Assembly: GCA_047495785.1 (NCBI GenBank)
Contig: JBLDXI010000055.1
Coordinates: 1,736,001 to 1,800,000, forward strand
Direction: 5' to 3'
Source of the DNA: Lepidodermella squamata
Lineage: Eukaryota > Animalia > Gastrotricha
DNA length: 64,000 bases
A program made the position numbers and the translations under genes. The stretch's first letter is position 1; each line of letters begins with the position of its first letter. Below the pieces are notes generated by a model. It saw nothing but the letters and a program-made list of their open reading frames with translations. It made no database searches and was not told the DNA's origin. Positions 25,254 to 39,502 of the stretch are shown one piece after another.

Positions 25254-25591
25254 TTTGTCGACGAATTTTATATCCAGCCTTGATTTGACTGTAAAAATCG
25301 AATAAATAGTGTGCGACCGATATTTGTGTCTTGAAGAAAAAATAATTATTCATGCAATATCATTGATCCTGGCGTTGGCTTTCGACTCTTGTATTTTTTA
25401 ATTTATTAAAGGCACGCACGCAATTGCGGAGCCGATTCGCAGGTGATTAAATACACCAACAGCACACATGTTAGTTGATGGCATAACACATATATTTTTT
25501 GCGTAAAAAGTTTGCAAAACGTCGTTTTTTTCGATACAAAATACTGCTTTTCATTTCATCACCCTGAGAGATTTGACTGACTCAGGCTGTA

Positions 25592-27880
25592 ATGACAATT
25601 TTCGAAACGCTGCGCGACACCGCAGCCGCTTTGGTCCGCAGAAAGCAGATTGACTCGCAGGAACTCGAGCCAAACAGATTGAAGAGATGCTTGTCACCGT
25701 GGGAGCTGACTTTACTGGGCGTGGGTGCAACCATCGGACCAGGCCTATACGTCATCAGCGGCGAGGTTGCCCGTGAAACCGCAGGACCTGGGGTCGTTGC
25801 ATCGTACATTATCGCCGGGCTGGCATGCCTACTATCTGCCATGTGCTATGCAGAGTTCGCAGTGCGTTTGCCTAGAGCTGGAAGCTCGTACATCTATTGC
25901 TACGCAACAGGTTATTCCTGAGTGAACAGAATCCTAAATGAAATAATTCATAACTGTTTTAGTTGGCGAGTTGCTAGCGTTCATCGTTGGCTGGAATATG
26001 ATTTTTGAAAACATAGTGGCTTTCGCCGCTGTCGCCAAGGCCTGGTCGCAATATCTTGACTCATTTATGAACCATACCATGCAACAGTAAGCGCTTCACT
26101 CCCTTAGGAAATGTTATAAATTCAGACTATCATTTTGAAGTCATCTAGAACATCAGTTCATACCTGGTCATGCCCCTGTTTACTTCGACCTGGCGGCATT
26201 TTCCCTAATTCTCACCTTCATAATAGTAGTAATCGTTGGCGCCGCGGTAAGGATGACTCCCTGATCATAAATAAATTTATTAGATACATTTTAATTATTA
26301 GATAACGTCCACGGCTAATGCAACGTTCACTGTAATCAATATCATCGTCTGCGTGCTGATAGTCGGATTTGGAGCTTTTTACTGCAATGTCGAAAATTGG
26401 AAAGTTTTCGCACCCTTCGGCATTCAAGGGGTAATTCTTACGCAACGTCCCAATTTTACGCGATTAAAATTATGCAAATAGATCCTGAGAGGTTCTGGGA
26501 AATGTTTTTACGCCATGCTGGGCTTCGACATTGTCGCCACGACTTGCGAAGAGAGCGAAGACAAGAAAACCGTCCCAAAAGCAATGCTTCTGACATTGCT
26601 CATAGTTTTCTTGGTAAGTAGCATTTGAATTTCGAATTTTATCATGCAAGTCAAATAAATTGCCAGCTTTACGTCTCTACTTCAACCGTGCTGACGATGA
26701 TGGTTCCTTGGTACTTAGTGGATAGACACGCCGCCTTTCCAATGGCATTTGAGTATGTTGGGCTGCCATTCGCTCAATACGTCATAGCCATCGGCGCGAT
26801 CTGCTCACTGTGCGCTTCACTTTTAGGCGGTCTTTACGCAGCCGCTAGAATCACCTACAGGTTTCTTGTTCAATAACAACAAAATATTTATTTTGCGTTA
26901 ATTGATAAGCATGGCGAATGATGGTTTGCTGTTTCGAGTTCTTGGCAATGTCTCCGAGAAATTCAAAACGCCCGCGTTCGCTTCAGTTGCTGTCGGAGTT
27001 ACCGGTGCTGGTTTGGCGCTTGTTTTTGACTTGATCAGCCTGGTCGAAATGATGTCGATGGGGGCCTTGCTTGCTTACTCAGGCGTCTCAGCAAGTGTTC
27101 TTATTCTCCGCTATCAGCCGTGGGTTGTTGGCTACGTCAAAGAAGAAGACGACAATTTGCCAAATGAGCCGGGGGAAGGACAACAGCAACAACAAGACGA
27201 AGGTGCTGCTTTGATTCCAGAAAGTGCAGCTGAATCTGTATACAACAGTTTGCCAGTTTCTTCGAAGAAAAAAGTCGCAAAGTTGAAGAAACTGAAGGCA
27301 TTGCTGGCAGCAAAGCTGGACGAGCGATTCGGTTGTTCATTGAGTAAAGCGAATGAAGCTAACGGTCAAATGGCATTCAGGCTAACCTTCATCTACTGCA
27401 TACTCGTCATCATTTCGGCTATTTTCCTTATCAATACGTTTGATTCAATGGCATCTGGTTAGTTTAAAATGAATTTATTGGAGACTTGAATGCATTCTGC
27501 GATATTTTTCAGGGGGCGTGTGGGCCATTGTCATATTCGCTATTTTGATATCTTCACTGTTCAGCATCGCTATCGTATTTGCGCTACTGCCCCAAAACCC
27601 AACCAAGTTGCACTTCAAAACGCCGCTTATGCCGATGTGGTGCTTGTTATCGCTGGCTCTTAACCTGTCAATTATGATGACTCTGTCACTCATCAGTTGG
27701 ATTCGTGTTACAATATGGCTGGCCCTTGGGCTCTCCATCTACTTCGGCTATGGAATTCGGCACAGCGGCGAAAAATGGCCGGGGCAACACGAGCACATCG
27801 CACTGGAGGAAGTTTCGAAGAGTCCCGAGCCAGAAGATCAAAAACAACAACAGCAGCAACAGCCACAGCCCGCGCCGTAG
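25592..27880 (+). CDS. Cationic amino acid transporter (SLC7A1-4/CAT family), 7 exons
   Basis: LKRCLSPWELTLLGVGATIGPGLYV, MCYAEFAVRLPRAGSSYIY, VGELLAFIVGWNM, FAPFG, MANDGLLFR, LVEMMSMGALLAYS, FKTPLMP, IYFGYGIRHS. Confidence 0.93.
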
Positions 27881-28548
27881 TGAAACGTGTCATACGAGCT
27901 GTCAACCCACCAAGCAATAGTTTTTCTATGAAAAACTTAGCGTAGAAAAATATTTACCTTGTATATGTCAAGTTATACAATAAAAACACGTTGTAGAGCA
28001 GCGTTTTTCAGCTTCATTTTATTATAACAATATAAACGACTTGTTTTTTGAACGCGCATTATTTTAAGAACACAAACTTTTTTGCTTCCTATGATTTCGC
28101 GTCATCGGCCGCCGACAATACTTATACGCAAATGTTGTGGTCGCGCAAAAATAATCGGATACATATTACACTTTTTTGCCGTGTGTGTGTTGCATTCACT
28201 GACGATAGATAGTAGTAGAACACGTGAATGAATACGCGACGATGCGACGAGCAAACATAAGTCCCAACGCAACTGAACGAGAAAAAATTGACGATGAACG
28301 ATGACGACAAAATACGTTTTCTTCTTTGTTTTTTGAACATCAGACACGATAGAGAAACAACGAAAAGACAAACAACGAAACAAAAAGTAGAGTTGATTTT
28401 CTTCGACAGAGCTGTGCTTTTACGTGTCACAATTTTACAGTATCTTTTTTCATACACGATGAGGCAACTATGGCAACAGAAAGAGAGAGAACAGAACAGA
28501 AGAACAAGTGTGGTGAAGAAATTGCTGTTTAGGCGCTAGCAGCTCGCG

Positions 28549-31234
28549 TCAGTTGCGCTTCGCTGACGGCGTGCTTTGAGCCGATGTTGAGCCGTTCGCG
28601 GAGCCGTTCATACCACCGTTGGCGCTGCCATTCGCGCTGCCGTTCGTGGTCGAGTTGCAGGGTGGCGGCGTGGTGCACATGGTCTCCATTCGTCGGATGA
28701 GGCCGTTGAACCGCGCAGCTTGTTGGCGATGGCTCGCCTCGGCCGTGTCGCGCATGTCGACGAGGAAATCGAGAAAGATCTGTCCGAGCTGACTACAACC
28801 TGAGCACGGCGACGCAGCCGCTGCCACCGTCGACGAAGCCGCTAGCTGTTGCAGCAGCGAGTGGTGCGATGCGTTGGAAATCAGCGACATTTTGCGACTC
28901 GGCGGCGCGTTGACCGGCGACGCTGTACTGCGATTGGCATCGGTCGCTGGTGAACTCGTGGTTGAAAACCTCGAATCGCCATCATCGCCACCGCCATCAT
29001 CTTCGCCTGAAATTGCAAAACATAAGTAATCTAGACCTGAAAATTTGCGGTAACGTCAGGAAGGGAGCTCGAGAACAGTCATTATTGTCCTTTCTATCAA
29101 GAGTTCCAAAAGCTGGATTGAAGTATTTCACTGGCTAACCAATCGATAAAACCTATCATTAATTTGATGGGCTCGAGCGGACATAATTTTTCTCCCTTAT
29201 TCGGACATAATTTCTTCCTAAATAACAAAAATATTCACCTATATTGTAGTGGAGCTGTTCGAGTTGAACTAAGCGCGAACCTAAAATGACAGCGGTATCG
29301 AAAATTTTAGCCGTTGGGTTTGTTAGATTTGTTAAGAGAGCCGTTATATAAGCAAGAAGCATTGCCTCAGACTCACCCTTGTTGTTGGCAGCGTTGCCAT
29401 TCAGCAGGTACGCGGGTGGTTCGATAAGGCGCGATCCCCGCCTGCCTCCAGAAGCTGCCACAGCTGTAAAAGCTGACGATAGGTCGACAGGCACTGGATC
29501 AGAAACGTTACTAGATTTACCGTTAGACGGCGCGTCTTCGTCGTGGTCGTCTCCATCCGGGCCATCCCTGCCGCCCGGCCCGTCTGCGTCGCCATGGCCA
29601 GCGCCATTGCCGCCACCCGACGCCGTCCATGGCGGCGACCAGTTGCCGGCGTGAAGGCGCAGCCGCTTCTGCAAAACAGCATCGCTTAGAGCGTTGACGT
29701 CAAGACTTGCACGCCGCCTGTAATTGGCCATGACGTCGTGCTCGTCTTCTCGTTCGTCGTCGCTGTTTGCCGATCGCTGTTGGCGCTGTTGTTGCTGCTG
29801 CAAGTGGCGCAACAGCAACTGCTGCTGACCGACGAGAGGCGGCGGCATCTCCGCACGACTGTTCCGCTTGCCGCCGGCGCCAGCAGCCGTCGCCAGCCCG
29901 GCGCCGTCGTCATTGATGTCCATGAGCCCCATTTTGTAAATGGAGTCCATTTTCTGGAAAATCGGGTTCGTGCGAACGACGAAGCTGACGTTGGGGTTAG
30001 TCAAAACGCGGTGCTTGTAGGCGGATTTGATGTTGCGGAACTTTTGATCGCAGTGCATGCCCGTGCGGCCGGTGAAGAACTGGTTGTTAATTTCGGTCGA
30101 TATTTCCGACCAAACAAAGATTTTGCGATTACGAGGGTCACGGAACTTGGCCTGGTATTTCTCGGACGAGTAAAGCTCGAGGAGGGCGATAACTTCGCGG
30201 TCTTTCCACATCGGCACAAGTGCGGAAGTGTTGCCATTGTTGTTCTGTTGGGTAGGCTGCGGCGTTACCGGCGCCGGCGCCGACACCGCATTAGCGTTAC
30301 GCGAGAGCGACAGCGCCGCCGCCGCAGCTGCAGCCGCGGTCGCAGCATTGACAGCCGCTGAGCCACTTGATAACAACCGATTCGTCGCCATCTTATTTCC
30401 GCCGTGTATCACCGATGATCGCATGGCCGCGTCAAAGAAACCGCCCGCGCCGCTGCTCCCATCGTCGTGATCGAGCAATTGCGCGCGTTTGTTATGCGCC
30501 TGAAGCAGTAAATCACCCGGCCGCGGGGGGAAAATGGCCGCCGGCGAGAAGTCGTGGGAAATCTGCATGGAATGGCGCCGCGGCTGGGAAGTCGGGGACA
30601 TGCTCGAAGTCCGCCCATTGCCGCTGTGTTCGTAAAGCAGCGACGAAGCCGGCCGCGGCGGAACTGAGTGAAGCAGGGGCGCGTCGGGTGTTGGCGCTTG
30701 CCGGTGCATTGGCGGCGCCGGCTTTCGGTGGTGATGCCGCGCCGGTGGCGACCCGTGTCTGTTGGCGCCATTGTGACCTAATAACTGCTGTCGACGCAGC
30801 GCCAACAGCCGACGGTCCTCTGCATCGTCCATTAAAGCAGCGTTATCCTCCTCAGACGCAGTCTGGCCATTGTCGGGGTCTGGCGACGATTGGTGGCCGT
30901 CGCCAGTCGACGTCTGATCAGCTTTCAGTCGGATAGGTGGTGTCGATGGATGAGTGTCGCTGCCACCTCCCTTCTGCGACTCATCCCCGGGTGACGCGTC
31001 AATAACCAGGGCAGCTTCATCTTCGTCGCTGGTATTGGCGCCCCGTTGCGCCGGTGCGCCATCTGGTTCGGTGGTGTTGTCTCCGTCGACATCAACATCG
31101 ACGTCTTCGTCGTCATCCTCGACTACGGAGCTGTTTTCGTTATTTTTGCTCGAAAAAGCTGCGGCGCGACTGGCACCGGCGCCGGCGATGACCTTGGCCG
31201 CCCATGGTAAGTCGGCGGTCTTGATCGCCGGCAT
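28549..31234 (-). CDS. Myb/SANT-like (trihelix, Myb_DNA-bind_4/MSANTD-type) transcription factor
   Basis: WKDREVIALLELY...VWSEISTEI...RTGMHCDQKFRNIKSAYK; poly-A/poly-Q low complexity. Intron 29007-29376 joins the last exon in frame. Start is uncertain: first ATG is at 31234, but upstream exons are possible. Confidence 0.8.
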
Positions 31235-33307
31235 CGAGTGTCGGTGCCCGCGCTGGTGGTGCACAATAACGCCGTCGATGCCAACTGCCAAGCGTCGAGT
31301 AGGATGAAGATGGGTATAAATAAAAACACTCAAATTCAACGGTCTAAATAGAAGAGGGGTGAGAAAAACAAACCAGTCGAGGGTTGTTCACTGCTCAACG
31401 CTTGCATAAAGCCAAAAGTAAAAAAATAGAGCTATATATATATTTTGACTGGCGATTTGGACGGCCGATGATCTGGGTTGTCTGCGATGGCTTCGGCCGA
31501 GAGCCACCGGTAGTCACGTCGTCGTGGTGTCGGGCCGGTATAAAAAATAAAATCTATATCAATGACATGAGATGAGAAACGATGATGTTTTAAAAATCGC
31601 AAGTCGGAGTCTATATAACAACGAGGAAGAGGTGAAGAAGAGTGAAGAGCTTCTCTGAGATGAGTTGCGAAAAACAGGTGGATTAGTCGGCGAAAAAAAC
31701 GACGACTGATTTGTGGCGGCGGCGCGGCGGTGGCACCGGCGACGCGGCGGCAAAACACGATAATGTTGTAGACACACAGACGCGGCTTCGGTGGCGTAAA
31801 AGCGCGCCATCGGCTCGGCACAAACAACATCGCCCGCGGCGATTGCTTGGGTCCCTGCCAACATAACAACAGAGAGCATCAGAAAATGGGCAGTTGTGGT
31901 GCTACACTGCGATGGTAGTCAGTAGTATAGTAGTAGTAGTGGTAGTAGTTGTAGATGGAAAACAACAAAAAGCAGCCAGAAAAATATTGTTAAGTAAAAT
32001 GTTAAAAATAAAAGGTAAACGTAGATCTATTTACGGAGGCAGAGTGCGCGCGCGCGGCCGAAAGCCGAAAAAGCAGCCGACACGCTGCGGCGCGCACAAT
32101 GCGAAGACAACAACGCACACACCTTGGCACGGCGCACAACAGACAAAATAATGCATCGCCACAGCAGCCGCGCCACTACTACCACCAAACACCACTACCA
32201 CCATCGCCACTAGCACGGCCAAATAATAATAAAAATAACAACAGCAGTCAAAGCCGTAGGAGGCAGAAAACAGTCGATGTGTGTACATGTGTGTACAAAA
32301 TAATGTAAAAATATACTAGGCGCCGCTATAAAAATGTTGGCGGCGGCAATAGTTAAAAATATGAAAGAAACACACGGCGCCTGTTGTGCAATATTCAGTT
32401 AGCGAAGTGAAGGCTGGTATAAAACCGCTTTTTATGCGCCCTACCTTTGGCCCTACCTTTACTATTACGTATACTGGCCGCGGCCGCAGCAGACACATCG
32501 TAAACATGCAGCCCGAAACTAAACAAAACAAGCACAGAGTGACTAAAAGCAACAACCGGCTATTAATAATTCGTATGTGCCTGGCAACGGCGATATCTAC
32601 TACTAAACTAGGACTGCCGCGAATACTTCTGCTACTGCTGCGGCTGCTGCGGCTGTAATACATGTTGTTGTTGTTGTGCGCCGTGTTTTGCGTTTTCTTG
32701 TTGTTCTTTATTTTTACCACTACGACTGCGCCGCAATGTTAAAGAAAAACGAGTCTGGTCTAAAAATTGGCTGTGCACACATACGAGCGAGCGCATTTAC
32801 GGCCGGCCAAATCGCGCAAAATAATTTCGCGGCGCGCGCAAAGAACGGGGCGAACCCGCACACGGCCGCGCCAAAAGTGAACCCTGCGCGCGCAGCTTGT
32901 TTTGTACGCGCGCGCTCGCTCGCGCTAACGAACAAATGAGACGTAGACCGGGCGTATTTTCTGCGCCGTCGGTAGCAGTAGTGATGTAGAAGTAGTAGTA
33001 GTTGGTTGCTTGGTGGGGCTTGTTGTTTGCTGTTATAGCTGTTGTTGTTTCCAATACTATTTATAGCCGGCGCCGCAGCCAGAATGACTGCGCACATAAA
33101 TAGTGCGACTGGCGCGGTCGGCAGAGTGACTAGAGAAAAAGCTATATCAAATGCAGCATGGCTAATAGTTCGTTTTTGTTTGTGTGTATGTTTATTGTGA
33201 AAAAGAATAGCGGGGAAAACGGTCTGCCAACGGTCGGCCGTACATGTACACAACATGCTGGCGAATAGTACGATGCGAAAACCAGCTTTATCGCCGCGCG
33301 CGCTTTT

Positions 33308-33352
33308 TCTCTCACTCACTCACTCTCGCTCACTCGCTCGCTCACTCACTCG
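33308..33352. repeat. (CTCA/CTCG)n simple repeat in the upstream region of the Myb/SANT gene
   Basis: ctcactcactcactctcgctcactcgctcgctcactcactcg. Confidence 0.7.
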
Positions 33353-36300
33353 CCGTCGCCGCTGTATATGCTAAAATACAGTCGGCGATATACATATTAT
33401 AGTGTGTATTTTTGCCCCAACTCACTTTTTCATTCACCCACCACTATATACGACTACCAGAGGCAGAATAATATAGAAAACAGCACAAACACACAAAACA
33501 ACACCAGTATTTTATTTATACTAAATGTGTGGATAGTATAATGCTTATGTAATATTTTTAGACAAAAACCTGCCTCCCTCGTGTTTTAATACTATATTAA
33601 TGCCCGCACTAATAGCAATCGGTCGCTTGAGCGCTGCATATCGCAGACATAGAGCAATAACGAACGTACCAACAACAGCGAGAGCGCGCCACTGCCGATT
33701 TATATATTACTACATTTATATATAAATGTATGTATGAAAAACTGACCAAAACAACCGACTAATAATAGGTCGTAAGCGAAAACAGCGCCCACCCTGTAGT
33801 AAAAAGCCAGCGAACAACACATCAACAAGCGAGCGCCGCCCGATGAGCAGCGCCGTGTTTTTCGCTGCGGCTCGCAAGTACCAGGCCTACCAGCGAACAC
33901 AGAACATTGACAACAACAAATTTCATCTTTTTGCGCGCGCTGCCGATCAATAAAACGCGCTGCCCTCAGGTAAGCGCCGGCCGGTTGTTTTCGCGTATTT
34001 GGCGCTGCAGATATTTTGCCAACTATTGAGAAAAGCAAAAATTTATGGTATTTGTTTGCGCAAAAAATAACAAAACTGTATAGCCGACCAGCAAACAGAA
34101 CCTGCCTGCCATACACTTTTATTATTTCATACTACCATCTTCCGAAAAAGCATACGTCATCACGTTGAAAACATGACCGCAGCAGAATGAAGGCTGAATT
34201 TTGTTTCGCCCATTACGCCAGCTCCCCGTCAACTTAATTGCGCACGTTTCGAGGAACAAGAAAAAAACAAAGGCCTGCAAAAAATGAAGACGGAGAAGAG
34301 AGAAACGTGCAAAACGCTCGCGTTGCGCGACGCATATGTCGTTTATACTGCAGTCGTGCGTTTTTTTTTCTCGTGCACCTCATCGCGTGGTAATTTTTGC
34401 CTCGGCGCGGTTTAAAAATAGGTGTTACGGCGATGAAAATAGCCGAGCGGCGTGTGTAGCGCCTAAAATTACGTTTGAACGCGAACGAAGCGCGCGTTTT
34501 TGTGTTTGCCAGTTCACATATTCTTATATACTGTGTCACCAAAATAACACTACGGCAGGTGCGTACAGTTGAAACAGGCTGTGTGCAAAAACACGACAGC
34601 GCTAGGTTGGTTTGATGTTTTGGTATGGCGGCCAAGACGTGTACGCGACTTTGAAACGTTGTTATTATCATATTTTCGTCGGCTAGCATAACAAAGCTGC
34701 GAAACGCCGTTTTTTATGCGCGCCTGATGCGTTCGTTTCGCGTTTTACTGGACGACATGCCTGCAAAACGCGCACCTAACGTAACCTGTAGCCCCTCTAA
34801 GACAAACAAAGTAGAAGTAATTTTTCAGGTGGTGATAAAATAATAAAAACGAAACTATATGAAGGTGAAAAGTGCATGGCGTAAACGGTGCAAAATTCGA
34901 GCCAACTCGGGTGAGAAGCGCCACTATCATCGAGCAAATAACACTTGGCTGTAGTTCGTCCTGTGCTTATTACTGTGAAATACTACTCGAAAACAAGGCG
35001 AAATCTGAGCACTAAAACACCAGTTTCAACGAATGACCACACTACGCTCGAGTTCGTTTTACCGTGACGCAGAATTTCAATTTTCAATTCTACCGTGGCA
35101 CCAGTAAGTGATAACGCTGTAGAAAAAAACACAGCCCCGATCAATAAAAACAGTTTTATTCTTCATCCATTTATGTGCTATATTCGTACAATAATAATTT
35201 TTATTCTCCTGTCGCTAGAGCAGTGCGTACGAACTTGATCATTAAGAGCAATCGTGTTAATAACAATAACAATGCGGGTAGATCTGAAACCGTCTGGTCG
35301 TTTGACAATGCGAGGTTTCAAAAATTATGGCTTGGTCGAGTAAGTTTATATCGTTACACAACCCGTTCGGCATAAGTATATAAAAAGCCACGGTTGGCTC
35401 GGGCAATGCTCTTAGAAACCAAGCCAACCACATCGCGAAATTCATACAACATAGAGAAAGATGGCGGCTTTAATTTCGAATTTGAAAACTTGCTAAACAT
35501 GGCATACATCAATTTTAATGTAAACAAAACTTCTCCAATAATAGTAATAATAAGACAAAAGATTTTGCTCTTTCATATAGTATTTAATACATTAATAACT
35601 TTATTCATTAAGATATCACAAAAATGCGGCGACCATTGACGATCAACTACTCAAGGTTTTAAACGGTGGGATGTGTATGTGCAGCTTGATTTTGTTACCA
35701 TACAAATTTAAAATTTTTGAGAAGTTCTTGCGCAATGAACGAGTGAGAGATGAGAGAACAACAACTCTTACTGCAAGGTCCCTTGGAAACGAAGGACGAT
35801 CAGATGGCAAGGCCGAAGACACTAACGATGCAGTACATGGTTTTGTTTTCCCATCGCACATTGCAGCTGCCTGAAACGAGAGAAAATATTAAAGGAAATA
35901 GTAAAAATAAAAATAAAGGCGTACCGTCCGTTTGATTGTCCCAATAGCACGAACTGGCAGTATGCAAACCCGCGCCGTTTTTCTGCATAACCACGCAAGT
36001 AACTAGAAGTAAATTTCATTGAAAATGTGTATGCCTTGAACTTGCTCAGAAACAAACCGATATATTTAAATGGTTTCCCCAACTTGGTTAATTGATTGAG
36101 ACATTGCTCAACGATATTCGAGGTCCAGTGATTAACTTTACTGTGAACATAGGTATTACTTCCTATAACACCTTCGATCGCCTGTGAAAAAATTGTCGCT
36201 TAAGCTGGTGCGAAATCAGCGTGAAAAATGACTAACCTCCTTTACGATGTTGCTCACTTCGTCAACCACAAAGGTCGCTTCTTCAGATGACTGTAGATCG

Positions 36301-39300
36301 TCCATTTAATAACGTAAATAACTAAAAGATCATTGAAGCCAAAAGGTTACATTCATCAAACAAGTCATACATGAAGCCAATTGGCTTTCTTCAAATGAAA
36401 CGAGAGAATCATAAATCGAGGTAATAAGACATGGGCAGACCGTTTGGGCTCAAGGACGAAAATATTATAATCTGGGGTCAATTGGGGAAAATCTTGGATC
36501 AAATGGTTTATAAAGAAATTGTACCGATTATACCAACCGATTAACGTAGAAACATGGGTTCAATTTTCATGTTTCTCTTTTTATAGCTACCGATGATTTC
36601 GAAGGATAGACGAATTTAAGAGCACAATCGGGAGTTACCCCACGGGAGCAGTGTTTTGCCTTGGTGTGGAACACATCAATACAATAATGAAATGAGAACC
36701 ATATAATATAAGATATTGCAATCCTACTGTGATTGATTGATGGATAACGTTTTTCCTTCGCAAATTCAACAACAAGAGCAGTGCTCTGTGAAGAATTCGA
36801 GTCGGATGTCAGATGAAATATTTCGGGCTATGCGCCAAGATGGAGAAATGTTCGCAGGCAGGTGGCTGTCTTCCGTGTGCCACAGGAAGACGTTCTGGAA
36901 CCTTCTTGATGTTCACTTCAAGGCTTCCCTTATGTGAAACTTGCGAGGAATGGGTCAGTAGCTTATCCAGAATCGAGGTGACCGCTTCAACGATGTGCAC
37001 TTGTTTATCTTGCATCAGCTGTGGCCAGGAGCGAGTAACTTAAGTCACTGATACTAAAACCGCAACATTAACGTAAATTTACGTGTTAGTACCCCAGAGA
37101 GAGGGTAACAAAAACTTAAATCCTAACTTCTATAATGGGATAAACGTCGGGGAAACTTGATCTGCTCTGACTCATAAGAGGGAGATGATCATTGAGTTGT
37201 CACCATTCTACTTTCGTTCATCATAAGCTTATCCAGGTAACTGCAAAAAGCAGCCAAGGCGTAGTTTTTTCACAATGCAAGTGGGCCTAAAGCTGCAGAC
37301 AAAAACACCAGGATGGGATAACGTCGCGATTTAACAAAAAATAGAGGCTATAGATATGACGTGTGCTACTTTAGAAAGCTACCAATAAAGAAGCCATCTT
37401 CAATCTACATGCAACCGAAGCGAACTTTATCATATGCTATATTTTCGAATTCTTTGTAGGAATAGCCTAAAACACCCAAAATGCAGAACAATAGCTAAGG
37501 TTTTTTACGAGTGGCAAGAAACTCTAAAAAACATTCTTAACATTACTGGTTTATGCCTAAAACACAAGCATCAATCTCTTTTGAGATGGGGATTATTAAG
37601 TATCTATGCGAAACCCGACAGAACGATTACCATTTCGCAAACGCATGAAGTCAAGAATGGTTGAGTTTAAGAACCAGCATTACGTTGACTCCCAACATGT
37701 CTAGTAATATTTTGTCGGTGATGATTCCGGCGCATACACCATCCGGTGAGGTATTTGCCGCCTTTTGAGGCACTAAAGCATTTAGCAGTCGCAATTCGCC
37801 ATCCGTTGCAGTCGCTTGCCCCTGGCGGACAGTTAGGTCGCTAGATCTGAGATAACTGCTAAATCAGGGAGCCTATGTCTCGATGCTGAGTAGCTTTGGT
37901 CTTTGTAAATGTCGATGATTTCAGCATGTGTGTCTCGTAAGTCTTTGGAAAGAACTTAAGGTAGAGTGGTAGATCTCGACCGAGGTGGGACGAGAATCGC
38001 CAGCTCGGAAATATAAGTCTATAGCCACCTGCGCTGATGGCTAGTTTTGAGGCAGATAGTTGAAGGTTGAAGAATGAGTCAAGAGAGGCTGTCTTCAGTC
38101 TTCAGCGCTGTTTAGCGACAGTCTAGGCTTAGAGGTCGACATCTGAGATGAAAGATGACTTGAGAGGAGAGAATGGTAAACCCCAGTGCTCGACGAAGCT
38201 CTCTTCTTTTATCAGCTTGTCTGCTTGATCTGATGTCAAGTCTCTTGCCTCGCAGTTGTCATGCCGGTAATATCAATAAATCTATTCAAGAAACGTTTCA
38301 AGATCATCACGTCTCTACCATACTATAAGTTCATTTCCTGCCAAATGGCAAAGTCAAAATGACATAAGTTTCACCGCATGTGGCTCATTGTCCATCGCTT
38401 TAGCCCAATGCCTATGGAATAGGGCAACACAAACACGATAGAAGATAGAAGAACGAGATTACAGCCATTTCCCACGATCAAGTCGCGATTTTTTCCAACT
38501 ACAAAGCAAAATTGAAGATGGTAACTAACGATAATTAAAAACATCGGATAACATTATTTGATAATTTGCAATGCGTTGATTAAAATTTGATGGCCGGTAT
38601 TTCTGAATGTTGTTTGAATCTTTTCCAAAAAAAGCTTATAAGCAGCAGCAGCTAAGTTTCAGCCGTCTGAAGAATTTTTTCGCCGAAGGCTAAAAAGCAG
38701 GACTGGTCTCATCCACCTGCAGTGGCGTTAATGAGCGTTTGCAACCAGTGTTCGTCGTTCACAATTGTAACTGTATGATATTCGATAGAGAATTGATGAT
38801 AAAAAACCGCTGGGCGCAAACATTCACCGCTACCACCATGCTGACGAAGCAAACAGCAAACGTTAGCCATTAGCTGACGTATTCTTAAGCTTTCTGCCAG
38901 GACTTTAATATTACATGTTATTGCTCTAGATACGCTTCAAGTTTGCATCACTGAAGTTTACAGGGTCTCATTAGATTCTCTGCCTTTCAATCAGCAATTA
39001 GCGCCGTCACTACTTGGTTAGGGCAGCCAGCGCCTGTGCCCAACCAGACCGCGACGTGGTCGCTTTCGGACTAGGGTCGTTACTCCGTTACTCGTTACGT
39101 CAGGACATGGAACTATTTATTGTCGTTGGTGGTGGATTGACTCCATGAATCCACAAGCACCATGACGAGTTAACTTTTTCAGTGTGATTTCGGATTCTTT
39201 GATGCATGTTGAAAGCGATTTCGGTATGATCAATATAATTCTCCATGGCAGCTCTACGCCGTCACGTGCGTTGACTGGGAAGTCACAAGTCACAGCGGGA

Positions 39301-39502
39301 TGTGTACTGTGTACACCAGTGTGATTCTTATTCATCAGCACACCTGTTTATTGCCAGGGTTCTCAATTTATTATTTTGAACGGTGTAATCAAGTGCCGGA
39401 AAATCCTTTTATGAGTGTTGGATTTATCTTTTTAGCTCGCTGTGATCACGAATTTTTTAATTTCAAGTAGATATTCATAAATATTTCTGTTCGTTATCAT
39501 TC

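Noticed and set aside
31384-34930. Numerous 60-200 aa ORFs on both strands
   Set aside because: Low-complexity, biased composition and no domains; best explained as chance ORFs in GC-rich non-coding DNA.
35600-39400. Possible decayed retroelement fragments (GIY-YIG-like FSILAHS at about 36830; LINE-like tail at about 37800-38250)
   Set aside because: Resemblance too weak and stop-ridden to call without a translated search.
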